The notes under the pieces are model-generated. The model was not told the origin of the DNA and made no database searches. It was given only the letters and a program-made list of their open reading frames with translations. A stretch of DNA of 64,000 nucleotides from the human T2T-CHM13v2.0 reference genome, Homo sapiens. Made by a program: the position numbers and the translations under genes. Positions 13,521-27,706 of the stretch are shown piece by piece. Numbering within the stretch: the stretch's first letter is position 1; every line of letters begins with the position of its first letter. The stretch is taken from NCBI RefSeq assembly GCF_009914755.1, contig NC_060930.1, one strand, 5' to 3'.

Positions 13521-14859
13521 TCAGCTGCCCTGGGGAGAGAGATGCTCTATCAGAAAACAAACAATGCTATTCTTTCATTGTGCTAATACCAGGAAAGGAG
13601 GAAGTGCAAACAGTACTACCCCTCCAACAATCTTGCTGCTGCTAGGGCAAGACTTCTCAAACTTTTTTGTCCACCACTGTAGTAAGAAATACATTTTAAA
13701 GGAAGACCCAGTGCAGTTGTATATAAATCTTCACATTTTAATATGTGGAATTAAATGAAGCAAGTCTTATGTTAAGTAAGTGGGTAGTGCTCTGACTTCT
13801 ATTGAAGTAATTTGATCTATTAGTTCATAAAAAAATAAAATGCTGATCCTGATTCTGCAGGTTGGGGGTTGTCTGCACAGTAAAACATTCTTTGGGTGTA
13901 ACAGATTGGAGATTTGTTTGCACTTTTGGACAAAGGAATTTTCACAGCGTCTTTCCTCTTTTGCATTCATTTCTCTGGCTAAGGACCCAAGGTTAACATT
14001 TTATGACTTATTTTTCCCATAAAGGCTGTTTGGTTCTATGATCTCCAAGAGCCTTTCACTCTACTTGTGTGTAGGGTTACATCCCATAATATATGCTACA
14101 TCTTCACGTTCCTGAGAACGAAGGGCGCTAGTGTAGCCCTAATCTGTGGACGACATTCGCACAGACACAGCTCTGAGGGTGTGTGCATATCAGGCAGGTT
14201 AACGCTTGAGGAGGGCTCCCTGGTCCTACCCCTACTGTGGGGCATAGACTATTTTTAGATGCAAAAGGTTGGAAAAGCAGTTGCTCATTCCTGTTAAAGT
14301 ATTACATCAATTTTCTTTTTAAAGGAACAGCTAAACTATATTCTCTAATGTGTACACAATCATAGAGGAATTTCGAATGTGAGAAAGTTGATCATGTCTG
14401 CTTTTTAAAAAATTTTCCATTATCTAGGTTAGGTATATAGATTTCCCCCTTAAGACTTCTGCTTTTTAAATCAGCAATTTTAAACTTCATCCACTGAATT
14501 TTTTGCTAGAGTTGGTGGTCCCTGGTGCCATCCCACATAGTGTTGAAGAGGGTTGGGGAGAGAGGTGGTGTTTGATGAGCTGGGCTTTATGGTCTATAAA
14601 GGGGACCCCATCTGAATATCATGCTTCCCAGATTTGTGGGAAGGAACCTGCAGGCACAATCTTTTTGAAGCAACTTTGTGTGCTATGACGTGCCGGGCAG
14701 ATAGAAGCAATGATCACTATTAGATGTGGCGCTAAGAGAAACGCTCTTTATCCTGATGGTAAAAGATGGCAGGCATTTCCACGGCGCAAATGAGGATTGT
14801 AACAAGTTGCTGCTCTATACCTGCTCACAAAACCTGTTACTCTATACTTGACCAATAAA

Positions 14860-15070
14860 TCAAACATTTACTGATTCCTTATTATATACTAAGCATTGTG
14901 CCAGGTTTTTGTGGAGGCTGAAAAAATACGAGATATGCTTTCTGCACTTTAGGTGCTTATAATTGAGCTTCAGGGAGAATATAAATGAAAAAAAAAGGGG
15001 GGAAAGTCCATCATTACAGGATGGCATGTAATTTAGTGCTAAATGGTGTGCTGCAGACCATGAGAGAAAA
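14860..15070 (-). mobile_element. L2 fragment
   Basis: caaacatttactgattccttattatatactaagcattgtgccagg. Confidence 0.6.
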
Positions 15071-15341
15071 ACTGAATGGTCAGAAGAGTCCGAGGAACTC
15101 AGACCTGCCTCATGGTCTGTGAAGGAACATCTGTGTTGGAAACCAGAGAGAGGAATGAGGAAGCACCAGAGGTCTGTTTATCTGAAAAAACTCTACTGAG
15201 TAACCTGTAACCCTTGGGTTTTATTTGAACTTCTTTGTGGTGTGGATTAAACTCAGGGCTCAAGACAACCCATGCACTATAGCACCGACTGAAGGTCTTG
15301 GTAAATAACTTAATTGAAGGACCATGACTTCTGCATCTTGG

Positions 15342-15693
15342 TGTCTTAGTCTGCACAGCCTGCATAACAAAATGGCTGAAACAATAGTAATTTTATTTTT
15401 CCCAGTTCTGAAGGCTAAGGAAGTCCAAGATCAAGGTTTTGGCAAGGAGGGTTTCATTCTGAAGACGCTTCTCTTCGCTTGTAGGCAGCTGCCTTCTTGC
15501 TGTGTGCTCACATGACCTCTTCTTTGAGAGAACTCTGGTCTCTTTCCTTCCTATAAGGGCACTGATCCCATCATGGGGATTCTACCCTCATGACCACATT
15601 TAAACCTCCCAAAAAACCCCACTTCAAAATATCAATACATTGGGGACATCAACATATGAATTTTGGAGGGACACAAACATTCAGTCCATAACA
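15342..15693 (-). mobile_element. MLT1A/B MaLR solo LTR
   Basis: tgtcttagtc...aagtccaagatcaagg...gggacacaaacattcagtccataaca; 5-bp TSD cttgg on both sides. Confidence 0.9.
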
Positions 15694-16664
15694 CTTGGTA
15701 TGCTCAAGTTGTATGATGGAAAGGAGAAAGGGAGAAGCTTACCAGAGGGTCCACTTCCTCAGTGAACTTTGCTACAGAGAAAGTGCATCCTAGCTACTCT
15801 ATCCTTATCATTTGATGTGCTCAGTTCTTTCAAGGGCACACTGATTTCAGCATCTTCATCACAGTTGAAATCAAGGCTCTGAATGTTAAATTGGAAGGCT
15901 GCTGTGCACCAATTTTTGTGTTTAGTATTAAGGCCTCTTGAATGCATGCTTTTGAGAAATGTATACTGCTCTGTGCAAATCATACAATTTATCCATCAGC
16001 TTCCATCATTAATTTAACATATGGGTAGCAGAGAAGCCACTACTCACTCAGTTCTCAACTGACTGCCTTAATGATGCTTTCTCCCCCGTCCTTGGTTCTT
16101 CCACTTAGTATTTCTAGTGTCATCTTCCTCCTATTTGATTCTTCTTCACTGCTTCTTCCTCCTTGCTCAGGAAGACATGAATAAAGAAGCAGTGAGTTGT
16201 TTGTTTCTTTATTTTCCTGCCTGTGTACTAGAAGGAGCCAGACCTGGTACATTCATTTGAGATAAGCAGGGTTGGGTTGTAGTTAAATGTTTGCAGAGAA
16301 TGTTCCAAGGAAAACAGAGTATGGGGGTTTAGATGGGGAAAGTGCCCTCTGAGTCAGTATCAGATGAGGCCTCTGTTGTGGTGCTGGGAAGGTGGTGCTT
16401 GGGCTATGGAGAAACAATCCCACAACCTGAATAATAGCCTGTGGCCAACAGAATTCTGTGTCTTTTCTTCCAAGTAAAGCCGGCTACTGGGCAAATTCCA
16501 ACTCGGGTGATCCCATTGTTTTCAACATTAATCATTCTCAGAAATATTGAGTTTTCTAAAGTGTTTTGCCAAGGCGGCCCTTGGAAACCTGTCTATGCTT
16601 CTGGATGAACCAACCTAAGTCACATCACTCCAGATATCATGGAGGATATCCATATGGTTATATG

Positions 16665-16815
16665 GAATCATAGAAACTTGTGGACGGAGGAGACTTAGGG
16701 ATTATCTAGTCCAACCTTCTTGATTTCAGGTAAGGAAAGCAAAGCTCCCTGGCTGGTATCTTTTGCCAAGTGGCAAAAGAACTGGGCCTCTATCTGGGCT
16801 TCCTGACTCTCACTC
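16665..16815 (-). mobile_element. MIR3/MIRc fragment
   Basis: aatcatagaa...gacttagggattatctagtccaacc. Confidence 0.6.
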
Positions 16816-17531
16816 AATTCATGGTTCTGTTGAATATGCCCTGGTTTGGAAAGTCTATGTTTTGTTTTGTTTTTCTGTTGCGATAGGCTTCCTTTGAGGA
16901 TTGCCTGGTATTTTAGCAAAATGCTGGGAATTTTACAAGCTCATGGTTTAATAGCCAGGGTTGGCATTGATTTCACCTCTAGCAGAGCTAGTAGCGGATA
17001 TAGAGGTGATAAATAAAGCTTAGAAAATGTGCTGGGATAAAATCTGTTAAGTCAACAAAACTAAAGCCATGTTTCATTCAAGACTGAATTTTGTTCTTAA
17101 TTCATTCTGGGGTCAGACTGGAACATAGGCTTTCCCTAGGCAGTTTTCACGGGCAATGGTATGAAGAGCTTCTCTGTCTTTAGCCATTGCGATATATATT
17201 GAGGGAGGGGAGGGTATGGTATTAGAGAGAAGGAGAGAAGGAGAGAGCAGTGTAGCCAGGAAGGAAATGGCATTTATGATTTGTGTCAAGAAACATATTT
17301 TTCTTCTCTATTATGGTCTTTTTATTGAAATACAGGTTATCTAACATCTTAAGGCTTCCTCTGATAAGAAGGAAAATAAAGATTAATTAACAATGTGTTT
17401 TATGGCAGGTTGTGTGTTCATAAAAGGTCTTTTGACGGGAAGCCAGGAGACCAAGTAGCCTCAGCTGTACCACTAAGAAGTCAAGAGCACCCAACAAGTC
17501 ATTTCTACGCCTTGACCTCCAGTTTTGATTG

Positions 17532-17792
17532 TTTTTTTTTTTTACTATGTTGCCCAGGCTGGAGTGCAGTGGCACGATCTCGGCTCACTGAACCTCTGCC
17601 TCCTGGGTTTAAGCGATTCTTGTGCCTCAGCCTCCTGAGTAGCTGGGACTACAGGTGTGCGGCACTATGCCCAGCTGTTTGATGGGGTTTCACCATGTTG
17701 CCCAGGCTGGTCTCAAACTCCTGGCCTCAAGATCCTCCTGCCTTGGCATCCCAAAGTGCTGAGGTTATAGGCATGAACCGCCGTACCCAGTC
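17532..17792 (-). mobile_element. Alu (J/S-like, linker deleted)
   Basis: Alu consensus with internal deletions. Confidence 0.93.
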
Positions 17793-18527
17793 AAACCCCA
17801 GTTTCTTTATAGTGTCATGAAGAGGTGCATTATTAATAGATGACTTCTTGGGTTTTTTTCTAGCTTTGAAATTCTAGATTATCACTTAGAGCAAGAGATC
17901 TTGTTCCTGAAACCATTCTGATTGGGTTGTGTATTCTGCCACACAGAGCAACGGCTGCTAATGCATACAGTCCAGAATTGCCTGGTTTGCTCATTAGCAC
18001 CCTGAGGATCATGAGTCCAAGGCTGCCTTCCTTCCCCTACCAGAAGCTGATTAGGAAGCTTTCATAATCTGGAGATGGATGGGATGTCCCAGAGACATCT
18101 TGTCCAAAGGATTCTTTCATCCCTTGTCTTGAAGGCTTGTTGTGCTGCAGGCACCTTGCTCAGTGTCTGCCCTGGGAGGGTAGTCCCCTTCCTCTCACAG
18201 GACCTCTCACCTGGTAGAGGTCATGAAGTGCTCTTGGCAAGTATTTTTGATTGTTTGAGGCAAGACTCAGGTGGTGTTAAATGAAACTGGCCCAGGGACA
18301 TTCCCTAATGGCTCAGTGCTCAGCCACTTCACTTTTGGGCCACAGATCAGCCTTTTCTGGCTGCCCCTTGGAACTGCTGATTCCCTCAGGCTGCTACTTC
18401 AGGTCTTAGGGCTAGCCCTTCTTTCAGGGAGTCTCTAACACTTGCCCAGCATGTACTCTGTTCACATAGCGTTCTAACTACTCGTCTACATGGCATCCAA
18501 TGGTTTTTGGCCCCAATCTTACATCTT

Positions 18528-18529
<2 letters not shown>

Positions 18530-18567
<38 letters not shown>

Positions 18568-18594
18568 AGACACTCATACACACACACACACACG
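18530..18594. repeat. (CA)n microsatellite, interrupted
   Basis: Directly visible. Confidence 0.97.
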
Positions 18595-18595
18595 C

Positions 18596-18851
<256 letters not shown>

Positions 18852-19474
18852 TGAGTTTTCTTGGGTCATAGCTTGGTAGAAAGGTGGTGAGGACCCCTGA
18901 GACTATGAGAGGGAGGATAGCAGGAAATACCTCTTGGATATTGAAACAAAGAAAACTGTTGATGACAAAAACAAACAAACAAAAAACAAAAAAAACCCCA
19001 GAATCCTCTAGGGCAGAAACTTTGAGAACAACACTGCCTAATACTCAATGGTAAGTTTTGTTTAGGAGCTGTACTCTTCTATTAAACCTAAGGTTTTAGT
19101 AAAAGTTTGTTCCATGAGGTAGTAGTGATAGTGTTACTTTGAGTGCTGAGAAGGAGGAGGGAAGGTGGTGGCCAAAGGTGTGGGAATGGGATTAGAAATC
19201 AGAGCAGTATCCACAGGAAGCAAAGTGAGAAGTAAGACTGAGAAATCAGCAACAGCAGGAATTTGGAGTGGTATGAACCAGGGGAACATGTCTCCTGGAT
19301 GCCTGGAAAAATTAGGGAGGGTATTGGATGGAAGATGGCAGATAACTGTGAAAAGGGTGCCCTTAGGTAGACTTGGGGACATTTGGTTTATCTAACTGGA
19401 ACATCCACACACACAATTGTGTGCAAAATGATCTGGCATCATGCAGTACATTGGATGAGGCTGTGCACTCCTGA

Positions 19475-19650
19475 ACCATCTAAGTCCATGGTTGCACATT
19501 AAAATGTCATGTTGAGCTTTAGAAAATACTTTGCCCTGTCCCTTCCCAGAGAGTCTGCTCTAATTGATCAGAAGTGAATCCTAGACACTGAAGTTTTAAA
19601 AAAGATCTCAGGTGATTCCTAGTGTGCAGGTAGATTTGAGAAAAATCGAC
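19475..19650. mobile_element. MER5A/B MITE
   Basis: ggttgcacattaaaat...caggtgattcctagtgtgcag...ttgagaaaaatcg. Confidence 0.65.
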
Positions 19651-20085
19651 CAAATTGTAATTTTAAGGTGAGTTGCATCCAAGTGATTTTTACTCATTTC
19701 TAAGTTTATTTCAATTATAGAGACTGAAGGGTAATCTGGAAGGTATTGTCAGCAAAAGTAATTCCCAAGATAGGTTTATAAAACATCAAAAGTTTATACT
19801 CCAAACTATACAACATTTTAAAGCAATATGTGTCAGGGACATGAAGATATGAATAAAGCATTCAACCTAGAGTTTCATTTTGATTCAGACCAGCACTGTA
19901 ATGAAAGTTTAATTTCCTTATCTGTCAAATAGAGCTAATCATGGTATCTGCCCAACCTCACAATTTTGGAACTAAACAATAAAGTAATAGATGCAAACCT
20001 ATTTGATAGATTTAGAAAGTTTTATTTCTAATACTGTGGGGTATTGTTGTTTTTGTTTTTATGTAGTCCCAGTCATGAAAGATTG

Positions 20086-20285
20086 TATATGTGTGTATAT
20101 ATATGTACCTATACATATTTAAAGGTATATATGTATTTTAAAAATACCTAATTATATAAATATAACATATTTATAAATGTGTGTTATATATCAGGTATTT
20201 ATATGTATACTGATAGGTACATTTATATACACAGAAATATATAAAATATATGTCTACATATACACATGTGTATGTATATGTATAC
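20086..20285. repeat. TA/TG-rich low-complexity tract
   Basis: Directly visible. Confidence 0.85.
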
Positions 20286-20520
20286 AAGGTAGCCACTGGG
20301 CCTTTGGAAGCAAGGCCTTTGGAGCCTAAAGAGTGCTATGCCATGCACAGAGAAACCGCTCAATCACAGGTGCTGATAATTCCCAGGACTACCAACAGCC
20401 TCGCCTTTGTGCTGACAAGACTTCCTGATACGTCCTCAAGGATGATCAAATGAACTTCATGACTTGTTTCTGTTTCTGCCCTTGGACGACTTCTGCGGAA
20501 ATCATCTCTAGGTAAGGGAT

Positions 20521-21078
20521 TGTTATAATTTAGGATCTTTGAGATGAAGGGCACCGCTTCATTGATTAGGGGGACACAAGATGGAAATAAAGATTTTATT
20601 ACTTACAGGTACTGGAGGTTACACGTCATGCCCAGAGGGCACACACTGAAGGCAGGGAGCACACGAAGACAGAGAGAGAGAGAGGAATCCACGCACTAAT
20701 GACTTTACTGGGTCCAGGGTGTTATCCAGGCAGGTCTCCAGTGGGAGTTTTACATGGTGGGTTTAGCGAGCAGGCATGAGTTCAGGAGGTCATGCTGCGA
20801 TGAGCGGTGGTCGCTGTGACACATCTGCACAGTCTATGTGGGCTGTGGGAGTCAGCAGGGCCTGCCCAGCAGGCTATATCTAGCTGTCACTGGGCAGGGG
20901 GTCACCAGGAGGAAGTTGTATAAGGCAGATATCTAGATGGACCACACTGGGGGACTGGGTTTGGGAGTATAGAACTAGAAACTGCACCAAGAGTACCTAA
21001 GCCCTGCTTCTGGTATGAGAAAGTTAAATTTATATTCAAAATGCATGTTGAGGCAACATAGAATAAGAATTCACTTCA
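20521..21078 (-). mobile_element. ERVL solo LTR (LTR47/LTR53-like)
   Basis: TG...CA termini; gccctgcttctggtatgagaaagttaaa...gaattcact; 5-bp TSD gggat at 20516 and 21079. Confidence 0.8.
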
Positions 21079-22346
21079 GGGATATAACCTGGAGGTTAGC
21101 ATGGGGAATGGGATGCCCTGGAGAACCACGGCCACTTTCCCAGCTCTCAGACAAAAGCATTCACATGGATGTTATAGAGTTTCTTAGAAGGGCCACTGGC
21201 AGGAACGGCCCTCCCTGCGCCCCCGCGAAGCCCCCCTGGTGCCCCATGAGGAATGGCCCTTCTCAGTAGCTCTTTTCAATTCCTCTCCATCCCAGGTTAC
21301 CTCTACGGCATTGAAATTCTCAGTGACAGAGAAGTTCTGGGCTCTTCATCCCTGTTTTGGGGCAGGGAATCTCTCTTTTGGCCTTGGGCTGTCCCTAGTA
21401 AGGAAGGAGCTCTAACAAGGCTTTTGTGTGTGTGTCAGAAGACGGCCCGCCCGGCAGGAGCACAGCAGCTCTGTTGTGGGCCCAAGAGGAAGCTCTGTAA
21501 GAACAGTCTAAGGGGAGGAACAGGGGTTGGTGGACGTGCTGCTAAGTCACATTAGGGGATTCCAGTAAACACAGGAAAAGAATGTGGTGGTTCCCCTTCT
21601 TGCACAACAGCCTAGAATGCACTTTCCATACAGTGCATCCTCAGGAAGGATTAAGAAATAAGGAATTAAGGACATGGTTTTAGGCCCTCATTTCTTTGCT
21701 TCTTAGAGCTCTTCTTTCCTCCCTTATCTTGGGGTTTTTCAAGGTATTCAAAGTCCAAGGTTGAAGCTGGGATTTAGGAAGGTCACTCTGGGTTTTGTTC
21801 AGCTCAAGGTACACCTTGTCTTAGGTATTCAAGGGAGTTCAAGAGAGGGCAGTGGCAATGGGCTGAGAGAACATCTACCTTCATCCTCATTCCCCTGTTG
21901 CCAGCAGCGAGATGACCAATGCTGGCTGTAGATATGGTTACCTTTGGTCCCCATGGAAGGTCTGCAGGCCTGGAGGTGCAGGTGTGGGACATCAGGGCAC
22001 CCCCCTGGCACTACCATTTTGTTCTTCAGGGCTCCTTTTCCACAGCTTCTGGAAAGCTCTTAGTGTTAGAAGGGAATGGTCTTTGGACCACTGAGAGACA
22101 GAGGTCTGCATTGAAGTCTGAATCCTGCTTCTGGTTAGCCCTGGGACCTCAGGCCATTTCCGACATGTCATCCCCTCCCATTCCCCTGTTTACCTGTTGA
22201 ATGGAAACACTCTGTCAATTATAAAGTATTACACAGAGTTAAAATATTATTGTTAAGATTTGGTGATTACATGGAGGTTAGCTTGATTTCTATTGAGCAC
22301 ATGTATATGTGGTGGGAGAAGAACTTCAACAGGGAGTTAAAGGTCA

Positions 22347-22766
<420 letters not shown>

Positions 22767-25625
22767 TCAGTTATATAGACCAGAGGGAAGAAATTGGGGG
22801 ACAGAAAGGGGGAAAAGCTATCTGGGCCTTAAGTTAAAATCTATGAGAGATGACTTTTTTAGTGGGAGGAGCTGGTGACTTAAAAACTCTCTCTGCCTAC
22901 AGGGGCTCCCATTTGACTGTTAGAGACTTTTTCCTTTGGATGAAACATGGTTCTTTCACCACAATTCTCATTTAAAATATAGATATTTCTTGAAGGGGTA
23001 ACATGTTAAGCTATCTGTTCCTTTTCCTGTTCATTTTCCTACTGACAGGGGCAGCCTGGGTAAAAGTGATGACACAGAATTATCTGGAAAGGGAAAATTG
23101 AAATCAGGATGTGGAACAGAGGACTTTAGAGACTCTTCTTCATCACTTTGCTTAGGTTTTAGTTTCACTGGGATTTGCTGAGAGGACAGGGAATGAGTGT
23201 CCCAGGGTGTCTGCCTGAGACTGGAATTGAGGAAGGGGTGAGATGTTAACCAGAGAGCTGGGAGGGCAAATCCCTGGTATCCAGAAGCTGAATAGCACTT
23301 CTGTTCCCTCACTGTATGCTATTGAGTGTGTTGGCCCAGCATGGTGGAAACACCGCATTCCCAGGCTGAGCACCTCATGCTTCTGCAGAGAAAATGCTTT
23401 TCCGCCTCAGCTTGTGTCACGCCAGATGCACTCTGATCTCAGAGGGAAATGTGTGCTACTGGTAATTAATAAATAACCTATCACAGTTTACAAAAACCTT
23501 TCAAATCCAGCACGGCATTTGGTTCTCATGTGTTCCTCTCAGGGTGCTAGATGAAATTCTGACTCTAATTCCTCTAGTAGATGAGGAAATGAGAACACGG
23601 AGTTTCTTAAGATTACTCACTTGGAAAGTCATGGAGTTACCCGGAAGCAATATGGCTCGCCCTTGCACCAAATCTCACTGTTGACAATGACGATGGTGGG
23701 TGCTTCTCTTACTAGAATATCAGTTTATTTCTCCAGCTCTTCTCTGAGGAAAATAATACCCCTGAGGACAAATTTGAGGCACTGTTATGTGAAATGCTGA
23801 CTCCCTGAGAAGGAAGGGAACGTTGGAAGCCGAGAATGCTTGTGCAGTTCCTCTCATGCTGCAGTTTTCTGGTGCCATCTGCTGCTCTGTTCAAGTAATG
23901 GCAGACGAATGGCTCTTGGTTGAAGGAAGGCAATGGTTGTAGTGAAGTGCGTCTTTAGGGTAACAGAATTGAGTTTTTATCAAACTGGGGTGTGTGTAGG
24001 TCATTGTACTCATTTCAGTGGTTTATGAGGACTTTTTAAAAGTTGTCTTTTCCCAAAACACTAGGATTGCAAGGAAAGATCTGATGTGCAACTTATGGTA
24101 TGCTATGCTATTAATTATATCAATGAATAGTTGCATGTTAAGAGAGATAGAGAGAAAGAACAATAATTCATTCCAAAGGAGGGAGCCCTCCAGTAGACTC
24201 TGAGCTATTTGAGGGTAAGAACCAACTTAGTTATCTTCGTACCACTAACCTACCAAGTGCCTGCCACCAGTTGTGGGCACCAGTGAAATATATGCTCATT
24301 CTGTCACTGATGGTACAATTTTGGGTACAGTGGCATATGCATGAGACTACGTACATCCGCCCTGGCCAGCAGTCTTCTCAGAACATGAGTGAGTTAGGGA
24401 ATTCTTCTCTTATTTCCACAGAGGCAGGTAGCCTGAGCATGGGGGATATACACCTTTAAGAGACAAATACCAATCCAGTTCTTTACAAAGGACAGGGCTG
24501 GATTTTGTTTTTAGAGGCCAGTTAAGGAATGTGAAAAGATGACAGCATTTAATCCATAAAATGAAGAGAATGTGACATAATCCATTTGTAGGCCCCATTC
24601 TTAATATCCACAATTAGTATTAGAGACAGGGACTCTAGCCGAGGGATGGGGCAGGAATAGGTCCTAAGTTTAGGAAAGTTTCCAATGGGGCAGAGATTCC
24701 CAAGATATATCTCTTGCCTCTAATGAGAAGATACAGAAGGGAGACTTGGAAACAGTTTGTTCTTTGGACATCTTGCTCCTGCTAACCACCTGTGTAAGGC
24801 ATCGCCAGGCGTCCCTAGCCCTAGATTTCACCCAGCTACTTCTTGTGGGCTGTGGGGAGGGTATGGAGCAGCATCTGCTAATGTGGAATCTAACATTCAC
24901 GTAGAATGGCTTGAGGCCTTTCTGTTAGGAAGTGGGAGTATCTCCGAGGAGGCAGAGTCTACAAGCCTAAAATGAGAGTGAAGATATTTCCCCTTCATTT
25001 TATTTTTACACTTAATTCAGCAAACAGCTATGTGCATGAACAGGTGTGTGAGTTAAAATATGCCTTTACATGTGACTATTTAAAGGAAACTTAATTCTTT
25101 TGAAAAGCAAAGAATCTTTTTGCAAAGTAAATAATCATGACACAATTCAATTGATAATCTATGAGTTAGCTAGGATGTATTCATTAAAAGGTCTTTGTTG
25201 TTACCCACATTTTATATGTTTAAGGGAATATAGAAGGACATTTAGTCTTAGACCAATAAATGGATTAGCTGGTAAGTATTGAGGCAAAAATACATGTTCT
25301 TATTTATAAAATTATAAGATTATCTATACAAAATTATATAATATTAACATTATAAATATACATTATAAATTGGTTTCCAGATCAACTCTCCAAAATCAAT
25401 TAAATCTATGATACAGATGAAATCATAACATTTGTAACTAAAACAAGTAAGAAGAATGCTGATAGAATGTTCAAAATTATAAAGGAGATAAAAATATTGA
25501 GTAGAAATATGTGTTTAGTTCTCGTTAAGATGTTTGAGTAAATGTTTGAGTATTAAAAACACAAGAAGAGATTTTTGTAAAGCTTGAAGAACTCCAAGAA
25601 TTTGAGATGTTGGTGCCTTGATTCT

Positions 25626-25876
25626 TGTGGCTAATTCAATCTAAAACCGTGTAGCTTTCCTGTCTGGGTAGATATATATATTAGCTTTTACTTATGAATT
25701 AGGCAATTTCTCTCTCAGAATTGAAACAGAGGAAGTAAGGAGAGATTTCCCTGGACTTACTAGGTAAGATCTAGAAGACAAAGATGGAGGAATAGAGTTG
25801 GACAAAAATATGTATGGGTGTGATCTTGGTCTGTGAGTGATGACTGGCCTGTAAGTGGAAAAATTAAGAAAATCAG
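25626..25876 (+). repeat. Donor arm of inverted duplication 1
   Basis: Reverse complement aligns to 28453-28705 plus 29015-29048, about 25 mismatches in about 250 bp by hand. Confidence 0.93.
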
Positions 25877-26481
25877 CTCATGAGAGTTTGCATACTTCCC
25901 TGATTCCTGAAAGAAGAGAATCTTTATCTGCTGGAGTTTCCATGTTGACTGACAGTCATATATGTTAAAAGGAGAACAACATTTTACATGTTTAATGACT
26001 TTTGGAAAGTCATTTGCAAAGTTTTTTTTTTTCTTCACACAGCAACATTATACAGTGGTTTGGGAAAGGAATTTCAATTCAGGAATTTTATTTAAAATCA
26101 AAATTCAATTGCCTTCCCTAAACTCCTTTAAAGTTGCTATTTTTTATTCTGATACCACCAGTGAAGGGCCTAACTCAGGCTTCTCAGGATGACATCCCAA
26201 TAAAATCCCGTGGCAACCAAGCTCTTCGCGACAAGTACTCAGCCGCCTTTCTATCTCTGTGTGTGTCGAACAGGCAGACAGCCGTGAGTCATCAAATACA
26301 CACTGGGGTCATTTGGGAGCTAATCTTTATAAAGATGAAAACTGCATCTGAATGTTTATTGTTGTCTTCACTTCAGTGCAAGATAAAGAAGCTCCGTCAA
26401 GTAACGCAGTGGGCCCTCAAAGTGTGGTCCTGGGACCAGCCATGTCAGCATCACTAGAAAACTTGTTAAAAAAGCAGTTCT

Positions 26482-27342
26482 CCAATGAGCACACATGGAC
26501 ACAGGGAGGGGAACTCACGCACTGGAGCCTGTCAGGGAGGCGGGTTGCGGAGGGAAAGGGAGAGCTCAAGATAAATAGCTAATGCATGCTGGGCTTAATA
26601 CCTTAGGCAATGGTGAAGCGGCTACGTTACCTGGGGTATATATCCTGGGGTTCGTTGTGGTGCGCCAGGAAAATTTAGGACACAGACACACATGAGGAGT
26701 TTAGGAGCAGAGGTTTAATAGGCAGAAGAGAAAAGGAAGATAAACAGCTCTCTCTATAGGGAGAGGGGTCTCCGAGCGGAAAGGACCCAGCCAGCGGTAA
26801 ATGTGCCAGGTTTTACAGTCAGATTTGAGGACGTGGTGTCTGATTTACATAGGACTCACAGATTGGCTCGATTAGGTACGATGTTTACATAGTGCATGGG
26901 GAAGGCTGGTTCCCCGCCCTAATCTTATTATGCAAATGGGCTTTCCAGTTCATTGGGGACATCCTGTCTGCTCCTCACTGTACACATGGCTGACAAAGAG
27001 AAGGGAAGATGGAGCTGCCATCTGAACATGTCTAGTCCCTAGTTCCTGCCAGGATTCACCCATGCAAGCTCCCAGCTTGCTTATTTATGTCTGCAGCTTG
27101 ACTTTACAGGCTACTCTGTTAGAACATGATTTTGGGCTGCTTTTCATTAAAAAAAAAAAAAAGGTCTTACCGTGGACTCCCATAACCCTTACTATCTGCC
27201 TAAGTGATTTCTTCTTAACTCCTATATCAATGGGCTGACAGGTGCAGCAAACCACCATGGCACACGTTTACCTATGTAACAAACCTGCACATCCTGCACA
27301 TGTATCCTGGAACTTAAAATTAAATTAAAAAATTAAAAAAAA
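26482..27342 (+). mobile_element. L1PA (older subfamily) 3' end, interrupted
   Basis: cacatggacacagggagggg...gcagcaaaccaccatggcacacgtttacctatgtaacaaacctgcac; TSD aaaaaagcagttct. Confidence 0.92.
26614..27229 (-). mobile_element. ERV1 solo LTR, LTR9 family
   Basis: 616 bp, TG...CA; minus strand starts tgatataggagttaagaagaaatcacttaggcagatag; 4-bp TSD atgg. Confidence 0.85.
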
Positions 27343-27706
27343 AAAGCAGTTCTTGGGCCCCATTCCAGACCTCTTGAATCAGAAACTTGGGAAGGAGGGT
27401 TCAGTAATCTGTGTTTTAATACATCCTCCTGGGGATTGTGATGCAAGCTCAGTATTGAGAACCACCGAGTAATGTGTGAATGAGGTCAGGAGAGCTAAAG
27501 AAGTAGGCTAAGGGGAGAAGTCAATTCAGGCTAATTCACTCCAAAACACCAACGTTATTATATATCTGAAAGAAAATTGAAAGGAATCTTAAGAATGATC
27601 TTCCTCAGGGTTAGGAAATAAACTAAACACAGCCTGAGGAACAGTGGGAAAGGATGGTGGATACTACCACCAATTTTCTCTTGGGGTTGAAGCTGGAAGT
27701 GTTAAT

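Larger units (their letters stand above)
26407..27467. mobile_element. MER5A split by an L1PA 3' end, itself split by an LTR
   Basis: cagtgggccctcaaagtgtggtcc (26407) ... tgggccccattccagacc...ttgagaaccaccg (27467). Confidence 0.85.

Noticed and set aside
14715-14735. CTCF-like tagatgtggcgcta (also 58775-58790 and 46508-46524)
   Set aside because: Too many mismatches in the core
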